Origin: a virus
Taxonomy: Duplodnaviria; Heunggongvirae; Uroviricota; Caudoviricetes
Length of the DNA: 64,000 nt
IMG/VR virus record: IMGVR_UViG_3300044715_000866
Strand: one strand, 5' to 3'
Part shown: positions 46,306 to 54,762 of the stretch, piece after piece
How the letters are laid out: each line of letters begins with the position of its first letter
Position numbering within the stretch: position 1 is the first letter of the stretch
Notes under the pieces: generated by a model
Database searches by the model: none
What the model saw: only the letters and a program-made list of their open reading frames with translations
Told to the model about the DNA's origin: nothing
Program-made: the position numbers and the translations under genes

Positions 46306-48169
46306 TTATGCTGTATTCCTACCAGCAACGTCGGGTTTTTACTCAACGTTTGTCGGAAAACAACGTTACGGCAATTATGTTGAACCTTCACGTATTCCTG
46401 CATCATTTAAAGCAGGCGTAGAAGGTCTTAATTACTTAGAACCAGAAAAAGGTGAATTTTATTACAGATGGTGTTTGTATTCAGCAGGGCATGCAAACTT
46501 AGACTTGACTAAGCCTGACGAAAGCGAAGACATGTTTCGTAATAGAGATAGAAGCACTAGTTGGGTATTAGGTGACTCGGGCGGTTTCCAGATTGGTAAA
46601 GGCGTATGGGAAGGCGAATGGAGAGATCCTAACAGTGCAATAGTACAAACAACCATGGCTGATTGCATTGCTAAAGGTATTGAAACTGTTCCTGTACTTG
46701 ACTCAACAGGAAACCCAGTAGTTAACAAAAAAGGTGTTCCTAAAACTACTAAAATTGATCACGTTAAACTATATCAAGCTCGGTTAGATGCTGCTCAAAA
46801 GAAAAGAGAGCAAGTATTAGCATGGATGGATACGTTAATGGATTACGGAATGGTACTTGATATTCCGGCATGGGTCGAACGAAGTCCTGCAGGTAAACTT
46901 GCAACTGGTATTACAAGTTATGACGAAGCAGTTGATGCTACAATTTATAACAATGAATACTTTATGAAACACCGCAATGGTAACTGTAAATTCTTAAACG
47001 TATTACAAGGTGAAACCCATACACAAGCTGACGATTGGTATAGTAAGATGAAAGACTTTTGTGATCCTGCTATATATCCAGATACACACTTTAACGGGTG
47101 GTCAATGGGTGGTCAAAATATGTGTGATGCCGAACTAGTACTTAAACGTGTAGTAACATTAAAATTTGACAACTTGTTACAAGAAGGCAAACATGATTGG
47201 ATGCATTTCTTAGGAACCAGTAAATTAGAATGGGCATGCTTTTTAACTGATGTACAACGTGCAGTGCGTAAATATGTTAATCCAAAATTTACTATTAGTT
47301 ATGATTGTGCTAGTCCGTTTTTAGCTACTGCAAATGGACAGGTGTATATTACTACTGAATTAGACGATAGATCTAAATGGGTATATCGAATGGTGCCAAG
47401 CGTTGACGATAAAAAATATGCACAGGATTCTAGACTATTTAAAGATGCAGTAATACAAGATGGTATTTTTAGTGTGTTTGATCCAAGTCCATTAATTGAT
47501 CAAGTAGCAATTAAAGACGTGTGTATATACGGTCACGGTGTTCCTAATTGGACAGAAGTTAATAACGATAATGTTGATCATGCTAACCTATTTACAGATC
47601 CAAAATATTTAAATGATCCTAAATACTGGATAACATTAGGCGATGCAAATAAAATTAACAAGATTGGTAAAACTAGTTGGGATAGTTTTAGCTATGCTAT
47701 TTTAATGGGGCATAATGTGTGGAGTCACGTTAATGCTGTACAAAAAGCAAATGAAGCTTACGACAACGGTATAATTCCTCGAATGTTAATAGGCGAAAAA
47801 ACTCAACCGTATGTTGTTAGAGATATTATTGACCGGATTATTGCGTGTGATGATAGAACCGTTGCTATTAAGATGATTGAAGATCTTGAAAAGATATGGA
47901 TGGCTATTCCGGGCACTAGAGGTAACACTGGCAAAAACATAGTTAACAACGAAACTACTACTACTACTAATTATGTAGCCGAATCAATTATTACAGAAAA
48001 AGTTGAAAAAATTAGAAAAGTGTTATTAACAGATCTTACATCACAAGTTAACAACTTATTTGATTTTGATGACAATATTACAGAAGAAGTAGAATCCGAT
48101 GACTATGAGTTTTCTGAAGAAGACGAACTTACCTTATCTAACCTAGAAGATAGCATTAAACATGAATAG
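46274..48169 (+). CDS. dpdA: tRNA-guanine-transglycosylase-like DNA transglycosylase (DpdA-like) with a long acidic C-terminal extension.
   Basis: VLGDSGGFQIGKG matches the TGT catalytic-Asp motif (T/L)DSGGFQ. The length of 631 aa exceeds the ~400 aa typical of DpdA/TGT. The C-terminus is DDYEFSEEDELTLSNLEDS. RBS aggaag. Confidence 0.7.
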   Translation: MNRNLTATQNDYAVFLPATSGFYSTFVGKQRYGNYVEPSRIPASFKAGVEGLNYLEPEKGEFYYRWCLYSAGHANLDLTKPDESEDMFRNRDRSTSWVLGDSGGFQIGKGVWEGEWRDPNSAIVQTTMADCIAKGIETVPVLDSTGNPVVNKKGVPKTTKIDHVKLYQARLDAAQKKREQVLAWMDTLMDYGMVLDIPAWVERSPAGKLATGITSYDEAVDATIYNNEYFMKHRNGNCKFLNVLQGETHTQADDWYSKMKDFCDPAIYPDTHFNGWSMGGQNMCDAELVLKRVVTLKFDNLLQEGKHDWMHFLGTSKLEWACFLTDVQRAVRKYVNPKFTISYDCASPFLATANGQVYITTELDDRSKWVYRMVPSVDDKKYAQDSRLFKDAVIQDGIFSVFDPSPLIDQVAIKDVCIYGHGVPNWTEVNNDNVDHANLFTDPKYLNDPKYWITLGDANKINKIGKTSWDSFSYAILMGHNVWSHVNAVQKANEAYDNGIIPRMLIGEKTQPYVVRDIIDRIIACDDRTVAIKMIEDLEKIWMAIPGTRGNTGKNIVNNETTTTTNYVAESIITEKVEKIRKVLLTDLTSQVNNLFDFDDNITEEVESDDYEFSEEDELTLSNLEDSIKHE

Positions 48170-48686
48170 ACAGTATAATAACATAACTACTAACACTGCT
48201 AAGTTTTTTGTTGGCAACGAAGTAGAACACACACCAGCATATAGTTTAAAAACATTGTTTGTTGTTGGCGCGCAAACTACAGAAGCAATCCATTATCGGT
48301 TAGATGCTGAAGAAGATATTACACATATCTTCTTTGGTGCAAACCATAGTTTTAATCCAAATACACCAGGTGCATGGCTCAATTGGAATAACATTATCGA
48401 GCACTTTTTAAAATTAGGCAAACAGTGTTCATTAGATATTCCATTTACAGTAGTAAACGATTTTAATAATAAAACTAATTTATGTTCATATGCAAATTTT
48501 ATTCCTCAAATTAGAATTCCGGTTGCAAATATTAAAGATTGGAGTTATAATACAATGATAAAATTAGATGACATAGATTTTAACGCAACTAATCCCGGGG
48601 TGTGGACACATAACTTAAAAGCATTGCAAAATGACGATGTGTTTACTAGCTGGACTGACTATAACAACGACAATATAATTAAATGA
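48162..48686 (+). CDS. Hypothetical protein (174 aa).
   Basis: ORF overlapping the dpdA stop. No motif recognised. Confidence 0.5.
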   Translation: MNRQYNNITTNTAKFFVGNEVEHTPAYSLKTLFVVGAQTTEAIHYRLDAEEDITHIFFGANHSFNPNTPGAWLNWNNIIEHFLKLGKQCSLDIPFTVVNDFNNKTNLCSYANFIPQIRIPVANIKDWSYNTMIKLDDIDFNATNPGVWTHNLKALQNDDVFTSWTDYNNDNIIK

Positions 48687-49042
48687 CAGATACACAAATG
48701 ATATGGGTTTCTTTTAAGAAAGAAGGAATTCACCATTACCCTGATGCATTAACTAACCCTAACTTAATAGATGTATCTTTTTTAGGACATCCACATAGAC
48801 ATATATTTCATTTTAAAGTATGGATAGAAGTTACGCATTCTGACAGAGACATTGAGTTTATACAATTTAAACGATGGTTAGAATCATTGTATATTAGTTC
48901 AACATTATCATTAGATAACAAAAGTTGTGAAATGATAAGTAATGATTTATCATTAACAATTAGAAATGAATACCCTAATAGGGCAATTTGGATTGAAGTT
49001 TCTGAAGACGGCGAAAACGGATCATTTATTAAGTATTTGTAA
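48683..49042 (+). CDS. Second, divergent QueD/PTPS-like T-fold protein that lacks the catalytic Cys.
   Basis: VSFKKEGIHHYPD aligns with QueD FTFEAAHRLPH. LGHPHRHIFHFKVWIEV aligns with LHGHNYKVEVTV, but there is no Cys upstream of the H-x-H. Confidence 0.45.
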   Translation: MTDTQMIWVSFKKEGIHHYPDALTNPNLIDVSFLGHPHRHIFHFKVWIEVTHSDRDIEFIQFKRWLESLYISSTLSLDNKSCEMISNDLSLTIRNEYPNRAIWIEVSEDGENGSFIKYL

Positions 49043-49043
49043 T

Positions 49044-49256
49044 ATGAAACATTTTGTCTCAAAAGCTATGCTTGAACAACAGATTAATCGGTTACGCCAA
49101 GAGATATCAGACTTTGAAATCCAACATATGAAATCAGTTAACCCTAAACTTAAAAACGTATTACACATTAAACAATTAAGAAATCAACTGTACGATTTGA
49201 AGGAACAACTGCTAATTCGTACTAAACAAACTATATTAAAAAACGGAAGAAAATAA
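49044..49256 (+). CDS. Hypothetical coiled-coil protein (70 aa).
   Basis: ATG at 49044 directly after the upstream stop. The track's 48966 start is an overlapping extension. Confidence 0.45.
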   Translation: MKHFVSKAMLEQQINRLRQEISDFEIQHMKSVNPKLKNVLHIKQLRNQLYDLKEQLLIRTKQTILKNGRK

Positions 49257-49257
49257 A

Positions 49258-49512
49258 ATGGCTAAAAATTACAAAACATTCTCATACTTAGAATCACGTC
49301 CAGATGTTGTTAAAATCTTTGAAGATTTAGAAGCATTCCATGACTTTTGCAGAATTGAGTTACGTAAATTTGATCCAGCAGATTTATATCGTAAAGATAG
49401 TAAATCATACGGTGCTTACATTGCTAGTAAACGCCCTCGTAAACCATATCAAGGTAATAAACCTTGGCCAAACGGTGTTAGACCCAAAAACACATATCAA
49501 AAAAAATCTTAA
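49258..49512 (+). CDS. Small basic protein (84 aa).
   Basis: ORF followed by the hairpin at 49527-49546. Confidence 0.5.
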   Translation: MAKNYKTFSYLESRPDVVKIFEDLEAFHDFCRIELRKFDPADLYRKDSKSYGAYIASKRPRKPYQGNKPWPNGVRPKNTYQKKS

Positions 49513-49524
49513 TCTTATTTTTAA

Positions 49525-49548
49525 CTGAAAGCCCTACGGGGCTTTCAC
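49525..49548 (+). terminator. Stable hairpin without a U-tract, a possible terminator or RNA processing element.
   Basis: The sequence is gaaagccc tacg gggctttc. Confidence 0.3.
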
Positions 49549-49561
49549 CGCAGGACATATT

Positions 49562-50659
49562 ATGAAATTAAAACCTACTATTTGGATATTTGCTATTGAA
49601 CCATTAGATACTCGATATACTAAACAATGGATCGAGCATATTCCATCACAACTTAAAGAACACGTTGGTGATTACAACATTGTACAAATTACTGGTGATC
49701 AACAAGACTCAGAAGTAACACCGGGTGCATTTTTAAACTTTATAGATACTAACATTTGGAAAGGATCACAGCTTGTTGGTTTTTTAAAAAACTATAATAA
49801 ATCTTCAACTAATGATCATTTCTTATTTACAGATGCATGGAATCCGGCAATTATAAACTTAAAGTACATTAAAGACTTAATGAGATTAAATTGGACATTT
49901 CACGGGTTGTGGCACGCAGGTAGTTATGATAAACACGACTTTCTAGGTGCTATTGATCACGGGTGGGTTAAACTAGCTGAAAAGAGTTATTATGCAGCAT
50001 TTGATCATAATTACTTTGCAACTGAATTCCACGTGCGTATGTTTATGGAACAATTATTAAACAACGGAATGACTAGTGAAAATCCGTGGTTTGAAGAAGA
50101 TTGGGATGAACGTTACGACGATGGTAAAATTGTACGCACTGGTTGGCCAATGGAATACTTAGCAGACGAACTAGCGCCGTATGCTAATAAAGAGAAACGT
50201 GATTTAATTGTATTTCCACATAGAGTTGCTAGCGAAAAACAAGTTGATATTTTTAAAGCATTAGCTCATCAATTACCACAATACGACTTTGTTGTATGTC
50301 AAGAACAAAAGCTAAGTAAAGATGAATATCACAACCTGTTAAGCGAAGCAAAGATCGTGTTTAGTGCTAACTTACAAGAAACATTAGGCATTAGTTGTTA
50401 TGAAGGTGCGTTACTTGGTGCTATTCCAATGGTTCCTGATAGATTAAGTTATAAAGAAATGTATATGTATCATTTTAAATATCCATCAGAATGGACTGCT
50501 AGTTATGCAGACTACGAATCACACAGTTATGATTTGTGTAACAAAATTATCCATTACATAGAAAACTATAATGATATTGTACCATATGTTAAACAACAAG
50601 CCGATTACTTAGCACTGGAATTTTTTAATGCAGGAGATTTATATGACAAGTTTAAATGA
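49562..50659 (+). CDS. Putative GT-B-fold glycosyltransferase (GT4-like C-terminal domain).
   Basis: LIVFPHRVASEKQ...KIVFSANLQETLGISCYEGALLGAIPMV resembles the GT-B C-terminal E-x7-E sugar-donor-binding region (EGFGLxxLEAMAxGxPVV). Confidence 0.5.
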   Translation: MKLKPTIWIFAIEPLDTRYTKQWIEHIPSQLKEHVGDYNIVQITGDQQDSEVTPGAFLNFIDTNIWKGSQLVGFLKNYNKSSTNDHFLFTDAWNPAIINLKYIKDLMRLNWTFHGLWHAGSYDKHDFLGAIDHGWVKLAEKSYYAAFDHNYFATEFHVRMFMEQLLNNGMTSENPWFEEDWDERYDDGKIVRTGWPMEYLADELAPYANKEKRDLIVFPHRVASEKQVDIFKALAHQLPQYDFVVCQEQKLSKDEYHNLLSEAKIVFSANLQETLGISCYEGALLGAIPMVPDRLSYKEMYMYHFKYPSEWTASYADYESHSYDLCNKIIHYIENYNDIVPYVKQQADYLALEFFNAGDLYDKFK

Positions 50660-51062
50660 TACAATAACAACATCATCTGGGTGTGATACAATTACATTTA
50701 ATATGGATGGAGATCCAACACGTTACAGTATACCAGCTTTTGATACTATTACACTTAGTGACTATGTATCTAGTTCAACTGCTAGCGGAATATACAATGG
50801 AACAATGCATGGTACTGCTCCGTACACAATTAGTAATTCTTCTACTATTGGAATTAATGGGGGGTCATCTTATTACACCGGCACTGGTGGTTATTGGAAT
50901 CAATCATATAACGGTAAACCATTTGAAGATAACTTTCCAGAATGGAATGCATTTAGAGAGTTGTGTGATGAATATCCAGGATTAGAAAGAGCATATCAAA
51001 ACTTAAAAACTTTTTATACTATGTGCCATGCAGATAGTTTATTACCAAAGGACGATAAATGA
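50643..51062 (+). CDS. Hypothetical Ser/Thr/Gly-rich protein.
   Basis: RBS aggag before the ATG at 50643. The track's 50628 start is an in-frame extension. Confidence 0.5.
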   Translation: MTSLNDTITTSSGCDTITFNMDGDPTRYSIPAFDTITLSDYVSSSTASGIYNGTMHGTAPYTISNSSTIGINGGSSYYTGTGGYWNQSYNGKPFEDNFPEWNAFRELCDEYPGLERAYQNLKTFYTMCHADSLLPKDDK

Positions 51063-51589
51063 AAGTAGTAAAATACAGTTGGAAACAATTAGAAGGCGCA
51101 GCATTGGAGATTGCACGTCAAATACAAAAAGATAACTGGAAACCAGATTACATTGTTGGAATTACACGCGGTGGACTTATTCCTGCAAACTTACTTAGTC
51201 AGTATCTTGGAGTTAAGATGTTAACATTACACGTTAGTTTACGTGATCATCCGGATGATAACGAACACAATGCATGGATGGCATGTGATGCATTTGGAAT
51301 TACTGATGACGAACTAGCAAGTACCGGACAAGCTAAAAACATCTTAATTGTTGATGACATAAATGACTCAGGTGCAACCCTTGATTGGATTAAAGAAGAT
51401 TGGAAATCATTGTGTTTACCAAATGACATAAGATGGAAACACGATGTATGGCATAAGAATGTAAGATTTGCTACAATATTTGATAATAGTGCTAGTAATG
51501 CACATGTTGATTATTGTGCAGAAGAATTTGATAACCGAGACGATCCAATTTGGATTGACTTTCCATGGGAAAACTACTGGAAGAAATAA
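51059..51589 (+). CDS. Type-I phosphoribosyltransferase that most resembles xanthine-guanine PRTase (Gpt).
   Basis: [22 protein letters not shown] aligns with Gpt [36 protein letters not shown] is the PRPP-binding loop (Gpt VIDDLVDTGGTA). [15 protein letters not shown] aligns with Gpt TWIEQPWD. It is 176 aa against Gpt's 152 aa. Confidence 0.7.
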   Translation: [176 protein letters not shown]

Positions 51590-51921
51590 TGGAACTACAT
51601 TCAATAGCTAAGAAACACGGTATACGAAGCATAGACGTTGAACAATTTTATGCTGCAGGTGATAACTATTCGTTAGATTGGTCAAGATCAAACCTACCAA
51701 GCGAAAGAGCAAACGTTACACGGTCATTAACTGTTAAAATACACGAGAACGATTTTATAAAGTTAATTGACAAAGCTGAAAAGTGTGAAGACTGGAATAA
51801 AAAATATTATGAAGATATGTATGTTAGAGATTCTAATCCAACTGTAAAAGCAGCATACGAAAAATATCAAATGTTTTTAGAAATAGCAAGATCGGAAGTA
51901 CACAATGACAGACTTAACTAA
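51589..51921 (+). CDS. Hypothetical protein (about 110 aa).
   Basis: TAATG overlap at 51587-51591. Confidence 0.5.
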   Translation: MELHSIAKKHGIRSIDVEQFYAAGDNYSLDWSRSNLPSERANVTRSLTVKIHENDFIKLIDKAEKCEDWNKKYYEDMYVRDSNPTVKAAYEKYQMFLEIARSEVHNDRLN

Positions 51922-52066
51922 AGAAGAACTACAAGAAAAGATTTTACAAGTAAAACGTGATATTTCTAAACATAGCGATTCAAGTAATCCACGTATATTA
52001 TTAGGCCTTCAAGAATATGTAAATTATTTAGAAGACGAATTAAAAACATTGACAAATAAACAGTAG
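51905..52066 (+). CDS. Possible 53-aa coiled-coil micro-protein (MTDLTKEELQEKILQVKRDISKH...).
   Basis: ATG-initiated ORF below the track threshold. Its 3' end runs into the folE promoter. Confidence 0.3.
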   Translation: MTDLTKEELQEKILQVKRDISKHSDSSNPRILLGLQEYVNYLEDELKTLTNKQ

Positions 52067-52077
52067 TGTTGTATAAT
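52049..52077 (+). promoter_or_regulatory. Consensus sigma70-type promoter (TTGACA-N17-TATAAT with a TG-extended -10) upstream of folE.
   Basis: The sequence is ttgaca aataaacagtagtgttg tataat. Confidence 0.65.
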
Positions 52078-52103
52078 ACACACTTACAACTAGGAAATTA
52101 TAT

Positions 52104-52775
52104 ATGAGCTTTAATAAAACAAAAACCGATTCAGAATTAGGTTTAGAAATACACAATCATTTAGTAAGTTTAGGAGTAGAAACTCCGGTAACTGAAAAAA
52201 TATTAACATCATCAGAAAAGATTAATATCATTCAGGACAAGTTTTATGATATTATGGTAACTTTAGGTTTAGACTTAACAGATGACAGTTTAGCAGACAC
52301 TCCTAAACGTGTTGCAAAAATGTTTGTCAACGAAATATTTTGGGGTCTTGATTATGATGCGTTTCCCAAATGTACTACTATTCAAAATAAGATGGGATAC
52401 AATGAAATGTTAATTGAACGCAACATTAACGTACAAAGTAACTGCGAACATCACTTTGTAGTAATTGACGGGTTTGCAACAGTAGGTTACATTCCAAAAG
52501 ATGTTGTACTTGGATTAAGCAAAATTAATCGCGTAGTTGAATACTTTGCAAAACGTCCACAAGTACAAGAAAGATTAACAGAACAAGTATTCCATGCACT
52601 GGAATACATTTTAGATACTGATAATATTGCAGTAGTAATTGATGCAAAACACTATTGTGTTGCTGCAAGAGGTGTAGAAGATACAGGTAGCACTACTATT
52701 ACTAGTAAGTTAGGTGGTGCATTTAAAAACGATCCAACTACTCGTGCAGAATTTATGAGTATTGTAAACAAATAA
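52104..52775 (+). CDS. folE: GTP cyclohydrolase I.
   Basis: CEHHFVVIDG and QVQERLTEQV are FolE signature blocks. Length is 223 aa. The gene has its own consensus promoter. Confidence 0.85.
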   Translation: MSFNKTKTDSELGLEIHNHLVSLGVETPVTEKILTSSEKINIIQDKFYDIMVTLGLDLTDDSLADTPKRVAKMFVNEIFWGLDYDAFPKCTTIQNKMGYNEMLIERNINVQSNCEHHFVVIDGFATVGYIPKDVVLGLSKINRVVEYFAKRPQVQERLTEQVFHALEYILDTDNIAVVIDAKHYCVAARGVEDTGSTTITSKLGGAFKNDPTTRAEFMSIVNK

Positions 52776-52783
52776 GGAGAGTT

Positions 52784-53236
52784 ATGAAAGACTTAAAACC
52801 ACAAATTCCAGCAGTAGGCATTATGAAAACAAGTGACTGGGGTAACAGTAAAATGTATAAAATTCAATGCACATGCGGCAACGACGATGACAATATTGAG
52901 TTTATGATTGAGGCAGATGATCTTAATATGATTACTGTAACTACATTTACAACACAAAAAACTGCGTACTGGGATAGACCATTTGATGTTTCGAACACAT
53001 ACAAAATTAAAAATTCGTTTTTAAGCAGTATTGCATACGAAACATTGAGCTTTCTTAACGGGTTTCAGCATCGTATTAAAATGACATGGAATTTGTGGTT
53101 TAATGGTTATCTTAAATATCAGCAATCAACTATAATGACTGAACAACAGACATTAAACTATGCAGAAACATTGAAGGCTGCAGTTAATGATTGCAAAGAT
53201 TTTCGTAAACAAGATAGGGCAACTAATCTTAAATGA
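52784..53236 (+). CDS. Hypothetical protein (150 aa).
   Basis: RBS aaggag. No clear motif. Confidence 0.5.
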   Translation: MKDLKPQIPAVGIMKTSDWGNSKMYKIQCTCGNDDDNIEFMIEADDLNMITVTTFTTQKTAYWDRPFDVSNTYKIKNSFLSSIAYETLSFLNGFQHRIKMTWNLWFNGYLKYQQSTIMTEQQTLNYAETLKAAVNDCKDFRKQDRATNLK

Positions 53237-53257
53237 GGTAGTTTTAAACCCTTAACA

Positions 53258-53265
53258 TATAAATA
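53258..53265 (+). promoter_or_regulatory. T4-type late-promoter box TATAAATA upstream of the GIY-YIG candidate.
   Basis: An exact TATAAATA lies 18 nt upstream of the ATG at 53283. Confidence 0.4.
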
Positions 53266-53282
53266 AGTGTAGAGGAACTATT

Positions 53283-53933
53283 ATGAACTACTTAATGATT
53301 AAAAAATGTATGAATACCGGACTTAAATATCTGTGTAAAACAAGCGGTAACAAAAATCCTTATTTATATACCGGATCCGGAGTTAGATGGTTGCACCATA
53401 TTAAGAAACACAAATCACATATTATAACTTGTATAATAGGTGAATATAATACTAAAGAAGAATTGCAAGAAGCAGGTCTGCATTATTCTAAATTATATAA
53501 TGTAGTAAAAGATTACACCTGGGCAAATTTAACAGAAGAAAAAGGCGACGGTGGATTAATAGGTAACGGACAATTAGGTAAAACTTGGAAAATTAAAGAT
53601 ACATCTAATATGAATAAACCAAAAACTAAAACAGATGCTTGGTATGAAGGTAAAAAAAAGACTGCTGGTAAAAACAACTATCAATTTAAAGGTCAAATAA
53701 AGACCCCATGGGGTCTTTTTGATACAGGTTTAGATGCTATTACAGAAGGCAAACGATTAAGAGAATTAGGAAATACAGAAGTAATTACAGATGGCAATAC
53801 TTTAAGAAAGTATTTACATTCGTTAGATACTGTGTTAAACTTACAAGGCAGGCGAACTCCAAAAACTTGGAGAGGTAAAACGCCAAGAGAAATAGGTTTT
53901 GAAATAATAAAGGATACAGATGTCAAAAATTAA
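53283..53933 (+). CDS. Seg-like GIY-YIG homing-endonuclease candidate.
   Basis: LKYLCKTSGNKNPYLYTGSGVRWLHHIKKH aligns with I-TevI GIYQIKNTLNNKVYVGSAKDFEKRWKRH (GIY...YIG...R..H). It is followed by a Lys-rich, probably DNA-binding tail. A TATAAATA box lies at 53258-53265. Confidence 0.5.
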   Translation: MNYLMIKKCMNTGLKYLCKTSGNKNPYLYTGSGVRWLHHIKKHKSHIITCIIGEYNTKEELQEAGLHYSKLYNVVKDYTWANLTEEKGDGGLIGNGQLGKTWKIKDTSNMNKPKTKTDAWYEGKKKTAGKNNYQFKGQIKTPWGLFDTGLDAITEGKRLRELGNTEVITDGNTLRKYLHSLDTVLNLQGRRTPKTWRGKTPREIGFEIIKDTDVKN

Positions 53934-54762
53934 GATATCAGAAATATTTTACTCTCTACAAGGAGAGGGTAGATTTATGGGAGTGCCAAGTGTGTTCCTT
54001 AGAACGTTTGGGTGCAATTTTTCTTGTAGAGGGTTTGGAATGCCAGCAGGTGAACTAAGTGTACAAGCAGATGCGATTGCTAATAATGGTATACAATATC
54101 ATTCATATGATGAACTACCATTAGTAACTACTGGCTGTGACAGTTATGCAAGTTGGCATCCAAAGTTTAAACATCTAAGTCCAGCGATGTCAATAGACGA
54201 AGTTGCAGCTAAAATGATTGAGCTGTTACCTAACGGTGAATGGGGTGGAGTACACTTAGTAATTACAGGCGGCGAACCATTATTACCAGGTTGGCAACAA
54301 ATATATCCAGAATTACTAAGACATCCATTATTAGCAGACTTAAAAAACATTACATTCGAAACTAATGGTACACAAGAACTGTTACAAGATTTTGAAAACT
54401 ACTTATACATGGAAAGACGGTATCAAACTACGTTTTCAGTTAGTCCTAAACTAAGTGTAAGTGGCGAGCCTAGAGAAAAGGCAATACGTCCTGAAATAGT
54501 AACCGAGTATCAGTTTTCAGGGCATAGTTCATTTTTAAAATTTGTAGTAGCATCTGAAGAAGACGTAGAAGAAGCGCGTGAAGTAATGCAGCTATATAAA
54601 GACAACGGATTTAGAGGTGATATTTACTTAATGCCAGTAGGCGGTGTAACTGATGTATACAACCTTAATAATCGACGAGTAGCAGAACTTGCATTAACGC
54701 ACGGATTGAGATACAGTGATAGACTTCACCTCCCTCTCTTCGGTAACAACTGGGGAACATAA
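53920..54762 (+). CDS. queE: 7-carboxy-7-deazaguanine synthase (radical-SAM QueE) with a long insertion inside the cluster-binding Cys motif.
   Basis: ISEIFYSLQGEGRFMGVPSVFLRTFGCNFSC aligns with QueE EIFxTIQGEGxxxGxPxxFVRxxGC. The third Cys (TGCDSY) lies about 38 residues downstream. Confidence 0.8.
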   Translation: MSKIKISEIFYSLQGEGRFMGVPSVFLRTFGCNFSCRGFGMPAGELSVQADAIANNGIQYHSYDELPLVTTGCDSYASWHPKFKHLSPAMSIDEVAAKMIELLPNGEWGGVHLVITGGEPLLPGWQQIYPELLRHPLLADLKNITFETNGTQELLQDFENYLYMERRYQTTFSVSPKLSVSGEPREKAIRPEIVTEYQFSGHSSFLKFVVASEEDVEEAREVMQLYKDNGFRGDIYLMPVGGVTDVYNLNNRRVAELALTHGLRYSDRLHLPLFGNNWGT

